Position numbers and translations under genes: made by a program. Below, in pieces: positions 51,458 to 58,430 of a DNA stretch of 64,000 nucleotides. The notes under the pieces were generated by a model. That model saw nothing but the letters and a program-made list of their open reading frames with translations, was not told the origin of the DNA and searched no databases. Position 1 is the first letter of the stretch; every line of letters begins with the position of its first letter. Origin of the DNA: an uncultured Alphaproteobacteria bacterium (lineage in GTDB: Bacteria; Pseudomonadota; Alphaproteobacteria; Methylaequorales; Methylaequoraceae); contig CACMWI010000001.1 in NCBI GenBank assembly GCA_902617375.1, positions 64,090-128,089 on the forward strand, read 5' to 3'.

Positions 51458-51478
51458 CTTACAGTTACATATTTTTCT

Positions 51479-51507
51479 AGAATATTAAATTCAGATGCGT
51501 TTGTCAA
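51479..51507 (-). promoter_or_regulatory. Near-consensus sigma70 promoter
   Basis: TTGACA-N17-TATTCT on the minus strand. Confidence 0.65.
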
Positions 51508-51704
51508 ATTATTTTTACTAAGTCATTGTTTTTATTGGATTATTTTTTTTTCAAAAACCAATAAATTGCTACCCCTATGAGTACGATTGCTAATAAAAAG
51601 CCTCTGCCATAGGCTAGATGTGTGAGAACTTCCATAGTTGATTAGTTATTGTAGCTACTACTACGACTTCCTATTACCTTTTTAAAAGACACAAGCCGTC
51701 TATA

Positions 51705-51824
51705 TATTATTAATAATAGTATTAAGAATAATAGTAATAGTAGTAGTAATAGTAGTAGTAATAATATTATTAATCTAAGTATTAATAGTATTATTAATCT
51801 ATTTATTAATAATATTATTAATAA
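51705..51824. repeat. Ten degenerate tandem 12-bp units, consensus about TAKTAKTAATAR
   Basis: tattattaataa/tagtattaagaa/taatagtaatag/tagtagtaatag/tagtagtaataa/tattattaatct/aagtattaatag/tattattaatct/atttattaataa/tattattaataa. Confidence 0.85.
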
Positions 51825-51959
51825 TATTACCCTCTCTCGGAACTTGTCCGAAGCCTATCATGAGAACTAAATATAGACAACCCCCGTGGATTAATTTTCA
51901 GATAACCGGCTCGTCAACGTGAGGACTAATGGGGTACGACCCCGATTGTTGTTGTCACG

Positions 51960-52076
51960 ACTGACTTCCCTCTTCTTCTTGTCTTTATTTCTACATAGAC
52001 ATTCATTGTGTTTGTAATTTATTATTAGTTAACATGAAAAAAACATTGCTCATATTGATCTGTTTGTTTGTGTCTT
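51960..52076 (+). repeat. 117-bp promoter + signal-peptide module, copy 1
   Basis: 8 mismatches and no gaps versus 54009-54125. Confidence 0.95.
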
Positions 52077-52504
52077 CGGGCTCAGTTTTTTCCCTAGAGC
52101 TAAATTGCAAATTCAATTCTTTTTTATACGAAGTTAACGGAGAAAAAACCAATCATGAAATCGATGAAGAAGACACTACTTCAATTTATTATGAACCAAA
52201 AAATCAATGGTTATGGGATTATCCAACAGATGCTCTACAGGATGATATTAATGTGTGGAAAGAAGAAAATAATTATAGCTATAACAAATCTGATGATTTT
52301 GTTTCTAGTAACAGGAAATATAAACAAAAAAATGCTCAATTAAATATAGAGTCTAAAAGACGAGAGATTCCAAAAGAATTACATCGCAGTCGTGCCTTTA
52401 AATTAGATTCCAAACTGAACTTAACTCTTATAACTGATAATCTATTCATCTATAATTTTTATGAAAAAAAGGTTACAGTAACAAGGAACGGAAAGTGTAA
52501 TTAA
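52034..52504 (+). CDS. Hypothetical secreted protein with two cysteines in the mature part
   Basis: MKKTLLILICLFVSS signal; L.C ... GKC. Confidence 0.75.
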   Translation: MKKTLLILICLFVSSGSVFSLELNCKFNSFLYEVNGEKTNHEIDEEDTTSIYYEPKNQWLWDYPTDALQDDINVWKEENNYSYNKSDDFVSSNRKYKQKNAQLNIESKRREIPKELHRSRAFKLDSKLNLTLITDNLFIYNFYEKKVTVTRNGKCN

Positions 52505-52591
52505 ATGAGTGATTTCACAAAAGTAATCATAATTGATATCCTTCTCTTTGGATCTTTGTGGCTTTTGTTATAAAGCTAAAAGAAAATATTA

Positions 52592-52876
52592 ATGAATAAA
52601 CTATTACTCATATTGATCTGTTTGTTTGTTTATTCGTGTGAAGAAAGAAGTGAGAAATTAGAAAAAGTGGTGAGTGAAAATTTTAAAAACTCAGTATGGT
52701 TAGAGAAGAAAAGCAGAGTAGGAGAGTTTGGTGTGTCGGTAGAACCAGAAGAAGAATGGATAAAAACTATTTTGATTTTTGGATATTATGATAATCAAAT
52801 AAATTGTAACTCAATTAAAAGTAATTTTGAAGAAGAGTATCCTCAAGATACATTTAGGTGTAATCCTGTAAAATGA
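52592..52876 (+). CDS. Hypothetical lipoprotein
   Basis: MNKLLLILICLFVYSC lipobox-like; FGY.DN...C...FRC. Confidence 0.72.
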   Translation: MNKLLLILICLFVYSCEERSEKLEKVVSENFKNSVWLEKKSRVGEFGVSVEPEEEWIKTILIFGYYDNQINCNSIKSNFEEEYPQDTFRCNPVK

Positions 52877-52908
52877 AAAAACTATTACTCTTATAAAGGT
52901 ATTATTTT

Positions 52909-53679
52909 ATGTGGAAAGACAGAGATAAAGCTGAAGTAATGGAAGAAATTTGGAATAAATTATATCCACTTCGTGAAAAGACAAAAAAATATTCCGAGCT
53001 AGAATGGCAAAAACACACCAACCCTATCACTGGTAAATTTCAGGATAGCATTGAAGGTTTCATGTGTGGAATAATTATTAGAAAAAATAAAAAATGGATT
53101 GCAGAACTTCACATTCTATGGATGCCTTGGATTAATAGTTTTGAAATTGCATCAATGATTAAAAACCATAAATCAAAAAATATAAGTGGAGAAGATTTAG
53201 AAAATAATTTTGTTGAAGGTGACCCAATAAAAAACCTGAAACTTTTATTTCTCCAATTTGAGAAACATATCAATCAATTAATCTCTATTATTGATGAAGG
53301 AAAAGATTTAAAAAAAAATTTACCAAGAGAGTGGTATGGAGAAAATGTTTATCAACAACTTATTGAAGCCTTCAAAAAAGATCCAGCAGGGTCTTTAAAA
53401 TTTATTTTTAGAATAATTTTTTCAATAATCTCATGGATAATTATTTTAATTTTTCTTGTTTGGGCGATTTTCTTTTCAGATGCTACCCAAGAATTAAGAG
53501 ATAAATTTTGGAAAGCCTTTGAAAGTAAGGAAGAACCTAAAGAAATATATTTACCAGTTGATCCTTCAAAAGAATTACCTCCAAGACCATTGAATGACGA
53601 GGAATTTAAAAAATTTATGGATGAAGAGTTTGATTATAACGAAGAAATCAGAAAGAGATTAAACAAAATAAAAGATTAA
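52909..53679 (+). CDS. Hypothetical single-pass membrane protein
   Basis: 256-aa ORF with one long hydrophobic segment. Confidence 0.7.
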   Translation: MWKDRDKAEVMEEIWNKLYPLREKTKKYSELEWQKHTNPITGKFQDSIEGFMCGIIIRKNKKWIAELHILWMPWINSFEIASMIKNHKSKNISGEDLENNFVEGDPIKNLKLLFLQFEKHINQLISIIDEGKDLKKNLPREWYGENVYQQLIEAFKKDPAGSLKFIFRIIFSIISWIIILIFLVWAIFFSDATQELRDKFWKAFESKEEPKEIYLPVDPSKELPPRPLNDEEFKKFMDEEFDYNEEIRKRLNKIKD

Positions 53680-53709
53680 AAGCTAATGTTGTAGATAAAA
53701 GTAAATAGG

Positions 53710-53997
53710 ATGCATTCGTACACCAAAGGAATAATTTTCATGCTTTATTTGTCAGTCATAATTTGTCTGACAAAAGTAAAAGGTTCTTCTTTTATAGAGG
53801 TAATTATAGTTACCGTTTACATGTTCCTGTGGTGTATACCAATTGTTAATTCCCTTAAGCCCTCTAAAATTAGGAGTGAAGATAAAACTGATGTAGAATT
53901 GCGGGGCATAGCTGCTTATATGATTTTTGCCTGGGTCCCAGGATTATGGTGGTCACTGAAAGAATTTCTAAGAGGTGGATTATTAGGGATTGGGTGA
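53710..53997 (+). CDS. Hypothetical membrane protein
   Basis: 95-aa ORF with three hydrophobic segments. Confidence 0.6.
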   Translation: MHSYTKGIIFMLYLSVIICLTKVKGSSFIEVIIVTVYMFLWCIPIVNSLKPSKIRSEDKTDVELRGIAAYMIFAWVPGLWWSLKEFLRGGLLGIG

Positions 53998-54008
53998 TTA
54001 TTAAAACA

Positions 54009-54125
54009 ACTGACTACTTTCTTCTTCTTGTGTTTATTTCTATATAGACATTCATTGTGTTTGTAATTTATTATTAGTTAACATGAAAAGAATATTGCTC
54101 GTATTGATCTGTTTGTTTGTGTCTT
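54009..54125 (+). repeat. 117-bp promoter + signal-peptide module, copy 2
   Basis: Offset exactly 2049 bp from copy 1. Confidence 0.95.
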
Positions 54126-54523
54126 TTGAGGTGAAATCCGAATCTGATGATTTAAGTGGCAAAAAGTTGTTGTGTGAGGGGAAATATGAAGGATACAAGA
54201 GAACTATTGGGATAAATTTTGTCGATAATTATGCTATTAGGATAATCACAGTGCATTATAATGACTCATTAAACAACCCATTAAATGAACCTTGGTTAAG
54301 TGACTTTGATGGACATTACACAACAACCTTAAGAAAAATCAAAATTCATGAATTAAATTTTTTAAAATATAATATAGACAGGGTAACATTAAATGATGGA
54401 GAAAATTTCTTATGTAAAATAACGAATGTTAATTTAGAAAAAACACTAAAAGAAAAATTTATAAAAGTAAAAAAGAAACGTGAACAAAATATTATTAAAA
54501 TAAAAAAACAAAGAAAAATATGA
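54083..54523 (+). CDS. Hypothetical secreted protein with two cysteines in the mature part
   Basis: MKRILLVLICLFVSF signal; LLC ... IDRVTL ... LCKI ... RKI. Confidence 0.75.
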   Translation: MKRILLVLICLFVSFEVKSESDDLSGKKLLCEGKYEGYKRTIGINFVDNYAIRIITVHYNDSLNNPLNEPWLSDFDGHYTTTLRKIKIHELNFLKYNIDRVTLNDGENFLCKITNVNLEKTLKEKFIKVKKKREQNIIKIKKQRKI

Positions 54524-54861
54524 GTGGTTTTTTTTACGAGTTCTGTAAGGCTGATTTCCTTTGTTATGCCGGGGAACCACATTGGTTGGGTTGGATAGTT
54601 TTAATAATTTTATTTTTTGGAATTCTATATTTAATTTTAAGAATAGTCACATCTGAAGCTTTTCAAGAGAATAGTGAATCTTATTTCGATGAAAAATCAA
54701 CGAAACAGCAAGAAATTTACAAAGATTCTCAAGGAAACCCTTTTATAGATTCTGAAGGAAACCCAGTACAGCAAAAATGGATTGATAAACACCTTGGTAA
54801 GATTGGATTTTTGATAAGTTTAATTGTTATCTGGAGTCTCTGGTTTATTGCATTAGATTAA
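54520..54861 (+). CDS. Hypothetical membrane protein (2 TM)
   Basis: ATGA overlap with the upstream stop; internal DSQGNP/DSEGNP duplication. Confidence 0.7.
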   Translation: MSGFFYEFCKADFLCYAGEPHWLGWIVLIILFFGILYLILRIVTSEAFQENSESYFDEKSTKQQEIYKDSQGNPFIDSEGNPVQQKWIDKHLGKIGFLISLIVIWSLWFIALD

Positions 54862-54928
54862 AATTTCTTAAACTTTAAATTTGATTATTAATACTTTTGT
54901 GAATATTATTTTTAAAGTATTAGTTTAA

Positions 54929-55480
54929 ATGAAAAAACTTCACTTCAGACTTTTTAAATATATTTTTAGTAGACCATATCCATTTAATCATTGGTTGATA
55001 TTACTAACCGCATACTCAAAATTATGGATATATTCGTTTTTTTATTCTCTTACCTTTGGTTTAATTCTTCAAATATCGTTTATTGATTACCTAAAGTTTT
55101 ATTTTGTTATTAATTTTTTCTTTATGATTTTCATTGTTTTACGTTCTTATAAACTAAAAGATTTGTTTCTACTAATCTATCACACAATAGAACAATTATT
55201 TAGAATGACTATAGGAAGACTATTTGGGTTACGACCAATAAATTATTATTATAAACCATTTGATCAAAAAAAATTTTATGGAAAAAATGTTTTAGATTTA
55301 GAAGAAGAAAGATCAAAAATATTTGAGAAAAAATATGAAGAAATAGATTTCCTAGTCCTTAATGATTACATCACGATAGAAGAGGGGAATAAGAGAACAG
55401 ATGAATTATTAAAAGAACAGTATAGGTGTGGCTTTCTAATAACACTAGGTGGTCATTATGAAACCGTAAGTGTTAATTAA
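54929..55480 (+). CDS. Hypothetical membrane protein
   Basis: 183-aa ORF with hydrophobic N-terminal half. Confidence 0.65.
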   Translation: MKKLHFRLFKYIFSRPYPFNHWLILLTAYSKLWIYSFFYSLTFGLILQISFIDYLKFYFVINFFFMIFIVLRSYKLKDLFLLIYHTIEQLFRMTIGRLFGLRPINYYYKPFDQKKFYGKNVLDLEEERSKIFEKKYEEIDFLVLNDYITIEEGNKRTDELLKEQYRCGFLITLGGHYETVSVN

Positions 55481-55482
55481 TA

Positions 55483-55683
55483 ATGAAAGAATTTTTTGAA
55501 AGATTTATGATAATTACACACTATCTTTTTTGGATAGTAGGATTTCTTTTGATTATGGCATTTAACAATGATGAGGCAGGTTTACTTTTGCTCTTTATCG
55601 TCGGAGCTATTTTCTCATCTTTTCCCGCATTATTATGGTATTTATTTTTTGGTAAACCACGATGGTTTCCTTGGGATAAATAA
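55483..55683 (+). CDS. Small membrane protein (2 TM)
   Basis: 66-aa ORF ending YLFFGKPRWFPWDK. Confidence 0.65.
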   Translation: MKEFFERFMIITHYLFWIVGFLLIMAFNNDEAGLLLLFIVGAIFSSFPALLWYLFFGKPRWFPWDK

Positions 55684-55746
55684 AATTTTTAAGACAGATA
55701 CAGCAGTGATATCTTGAATTAACAAAAGAAGAAATACTAAATTTCT

Positions 55747-56397
55747 CTATTTGTCTTCTATTTTTTCAATACAAATACCATCCTTATATCTTCCATAGTT
55801 TTTTACACCATCAGATATTTCTACTCCATATCCATGTTCCAAACCATTTTTAAAGTCACCTTCGTATATATTACCGTCCGCATTTTTTAATTTACCTTTT
55901 CCGTGGTATTTACCATTTTCAAAATTTCCTTCATATGTTTCCAGACGATCCCCCGAATAATCTTTCCATGTTATTTTGCATGTTCCATAACCATTTTGAA
56001 GGTTATTCCTCCATCGACAGTTATACCTAAATAATTTCCCTTTTTCTTTTTTAACCATTGTACCTTCACCTTCAAACTTTCCATGTACAAGTTGTCCATC
56101 ATAATAATCGCCATTTTTAAAGCTTACTTTCCCGGTACCATGGGGTAATTCATTTTTAATTTCACCCTTATAAACTCTATCGGAAAGTTCTAATGAACCC
56201 TTTGAAAATACATCTTTCTTAGTGGTTTCTGGAATACATGAAACTTCATTATTTTCTAATGAAATTTTCGATTCTTTTCGAGGTGTTTCTGTTGGCGGTG
56301 ATTTTTCTTTAGCAAAGAAATAAACAAAAACAATAAATACGATAAGGATAATAAAATATATAAAGTCTGGTTCAGTAAAAAAATAAAGATAAGCCAT
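55747..56397 (-). CDS. MORN-repeat protein with N-terminal membrane anchor
   Basis: Repeated Y.G.F.NG..HG.G units. Confidence 0.88.
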   Translation of the reverse strand: MAYLYFFTEPDFIYFIILIVFIVFVYFFAKEKSPPTETPRKESKISLENNEVSCIPETTKKDVFSKGSLELSDRVYKGEIKNELPHGTGKVSFKNGDYYDGQLVHGKFEGEGTMVKKEKGKLFRYNCRWRNNLQNGYGTCKITWKDYSGDRLETYEGNFENGKYHGKGKLKNADGNIYEGDFKNGLEHGYGVEISDGVKNYGRYKDGICIEKIEDK

Positions 56398-56465
56398 AAG
56401 ATAATTTTATTTAGTTCGATAAATATAACAATAAAATAAGCCAGGTTATTTGTCTCAGCTTTTTT

Positions 56466-56487
56466 TAGGGGTAATGATTAGGGGTAA
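56466..56487 (+). promoter_or_regulatory. Tandem integrase arm-type-like sites (right)
   Basis: TAGGGGTAA x2 at 13-bp period, same orientation as the left pair. Confidence 0.7.
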
Positions 56488-56534
56488 AAAGCCAATTTAA
56501 AGCCCGTAGAAGCACAGAAACAAAAGGGTTATAG

Positions 56535-56557
56535 TTTATGGCGGAGAGAGAGGGATT
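56535..56557. repeat. att core, tRNA-proximal copy
   Basis: Last 19 nt of tRNA-Ser plus 4 downstream nt. Confidence 0.95.
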
Positions 56558-56628
56558 CGAACCCTCGAAACAGTTTCCTGTTTACACGCTTTCCAAGCGT
56601 GCGCCTTCAGCCACTCGGCCACCTCTCC
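56539..56628 (-). tRNA. tRNA-Ser(GGA)
   Basis: GGAGAGGTGGCCGAGTGGCTGAAGGCGCACGCTT-GGA-AAGCGTGT, long variable arm, GGTTCGAATCC...CGCCA; 90 nt. Confidence 0.97.
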
Positions 56629-56630
56629 AG

Positions 56631-58430
56631 TTAATTGTCTGAAGTTTTGAGAACATTTATAAAGGCTGATTGAGGAATTTCTACTTTACCAAATTGCCTC
56701 ATTCTCTTTTTTCCTTTTTTTTGCTTGTCCAATAATTTATTTTTTCTTGTTACATCGCCACCATACAACTTTGCAGTTACATCTTTTCTATAACTATTAA
56801 TTGTTTCTCTAGCTATTATTTTACCACCTATTGCAGCTTGAAGCGGAATTTTGAATTGTTGTTTAGGAATCAATTTGCATAATTTTTCGCAATACACTTT
56901 TCCTCTCGAAACTGACTTTGATCTATGACAAATAAAAGAAAGGGCATCAACTGATTCAGAATTTACAAGAATTTGAACTCTGACTAAGTCACTTTCTGTG
57001 TATTCTTTAAACTCATAATCAAAACTTGCATACCCACTTGTAATTGATTTAAGTCTGTCATAAAAATCAAAAACTACTTCCGAAAGAGGTAATAGGTACT
57101 CAATCATAGCTCTTTTCCCAACGTAACTTAGGTTTTTCTGTATTCCCCTTCTTTCTGTACAAAGTTGTATCACTGATCCAAGATATTCATCTGGAAGCAA
57201 AATCGTTGCTTTAATAATCGGTTCAGATATTTTTTTTATTTTCATTATGTCAGGCAGTTCAGAAGGATTATGAATATCAAAAATTTTTCCATCCGTAAGT
57301 TCGATCTTATACACCACTGACGGAGACGTTGTAATTAAGTTCAAGTCAAACTCTCTTCTCAGTCTCTCCTGAATTATTTCTAAGTGCAACAAACCTAAGA
57401 ATCCACATCTGAAACCAAGACCAAGCGCAGCAGATGTCTCTGGTTCAAATGAAAAACTAGCATCATTCAAACCAAGTTTTAAAAGACTATCTCTTAATAG
57501 ATCGTAGTCGTCAGCATCAATGGGATATAAACCGCAAAATACAACTGGTCTACTAGGTTTAAATCCTGAAAGAGGTTGATTAGTAGGTTTTAATGAGTCT
57601 GTAATTGTGTCTCCGACTTTGCAGTCACTTACATGTTTAATGCCTGCTGTAATAAATCCTATTTCTCCTTTCTCTAAAACATCAGTATATTTTATTTTTG
57701 GAGTAAAAAACCCACATTTCTCAACAATATATGAGGCTTGGGTCCCCATCATTTTAAGTTTCATTCCTTTTTTTAATTGTCCAGCATGAACTCTCACTAG
57801 AATAATTACCCCTAGATAAGGATCATACCAACTGTCAATTAACATTGCTAAAAGCGTGGTGTCCTCTACTGTTTTAGGGCAAGGAAGCCTTTCAACTATT
57901 GCTTCCAAGAGTTCATCTACACCATTACCTGTTTTTGCAGAAACAAGAATAGCGTTTGATGCATCCAAGCCTATCACATCTTCTATTTGTTTTTTTATTC
58001 TCTCTGGTTCAGAAGAAGGTAAATCTATTTTGTTCAAAACAGGAATTATTTCATGATTATTTTCTATAGCCTGATAAACATTTGCTAAAGTTTGAGCCTC
58101 AACACCTTGAGAAGAATCAACAACAAGAAGTGAGCCCTCGCAAGATGCCAAAGATCTACTTACTTCATAAGAAAAATCAACATGACCAGGTGTATCCATT
58201 AAATTAAAATTGTAAATATCGTTATTTTTTGCTTTGTATTTTAAATAAACAGTTTGTGCTTTTATTGTGATTCCTCTCTCCCGCTCTATTTCCATAGAAT
58301 CCAAAACTTGTTCTTTCATTTCTCTTTCAGGTAATCCTCCACACCTTTGAATTATTCTATCAGCGAGAGTCGATTTTCCATGATCTATGTGTGCGATAAT
58401 TGAAAAATTTCTAATTCTTTCAATTAACAT
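56631..58430 (-). CDS. lepA: Elongation factor 4
   Basis: [40 protein letters not shown]. Confidence 0.97.
   Translation of the reverse strand: MLIERIRNFSIIAHIDHGKSTLADRIIQRCGGLPEREMKEQVLDSMEIERERGITIKAQTVYLKYKAKNNDIYNFNLMDTPGHVDFSYEVSRSLASCEGSLLVVDSSQGVEAQTLANVYQAIENNHEIIPVLNKIDLPSSEPERIKKQIEDVIGLDASNAILVSAKTGNGVDELLEAIVERLPCPKTVEDTTLLAMLIDSWYDPYLGVIILVRVHAGQLKKGMKLKMMGTQASYIVEKCGFFTPKIKYTDVLEKGEIGFITAGIKHVSDCKVGDTITDSLKPTNQPLSGFKPSRPVVFCGLYPIDADDYDLLRDSLLKLGLNDASFSFEPETSAALGLGFRCGFLGLLHLEIIQERLRREFDLNLITTSPSVVYKIELTDGKIFDIHNPSELPDIMKIKKISEPIIKATILLPDEYLGSVIQLCTERRGIQKNLSYVGKRAMIEYLLPLSEVVFDFYDRLKSITSGYASFDYEFKEYTESDLVRVQILVNSESVDALSFICHRSKSVSRGKVYCEKLCKLIPKQQFKIPLQAAIGGKIIARETINSYRKDVTAKLYGGDVTRKNKLLDKQKKGKKRMRQFGKVEIPQSAFINVLKTSDN

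Larger units (their letters stand above)
49183..56557. mobile_element. 7.35-kb integrative element / genomic island in tRNA-Ser(GGA)
   Basis: Exact 23-bp direct repeat at both ends including the tRNA 3' end; tyrosine integrase at the left end; orphan gene cargo. Confidence 0.95.

Noticed and set aside
51160..51507. 115-aa minus-strand ORF in the island core
   Set aside because: Its TTG is the -35 box, it crosses a terminator, and it overlaps the better 51081-51329 gene out of frame
51705..51824. CRISPR array
   Set aside because: Contiguous degenerate 12-mers with no unique spacers; no cas genes
51960..54125. DGR template/variable repeat pair or retron
   Set aside because: No reverse transcriptase; mismatches are not adenine-specific and the repeats cover gene 5' ends
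49183..56557. Prophage
   Set aside because: No structural, terminase, lysis or repressor genes recognised in 7.35 kb
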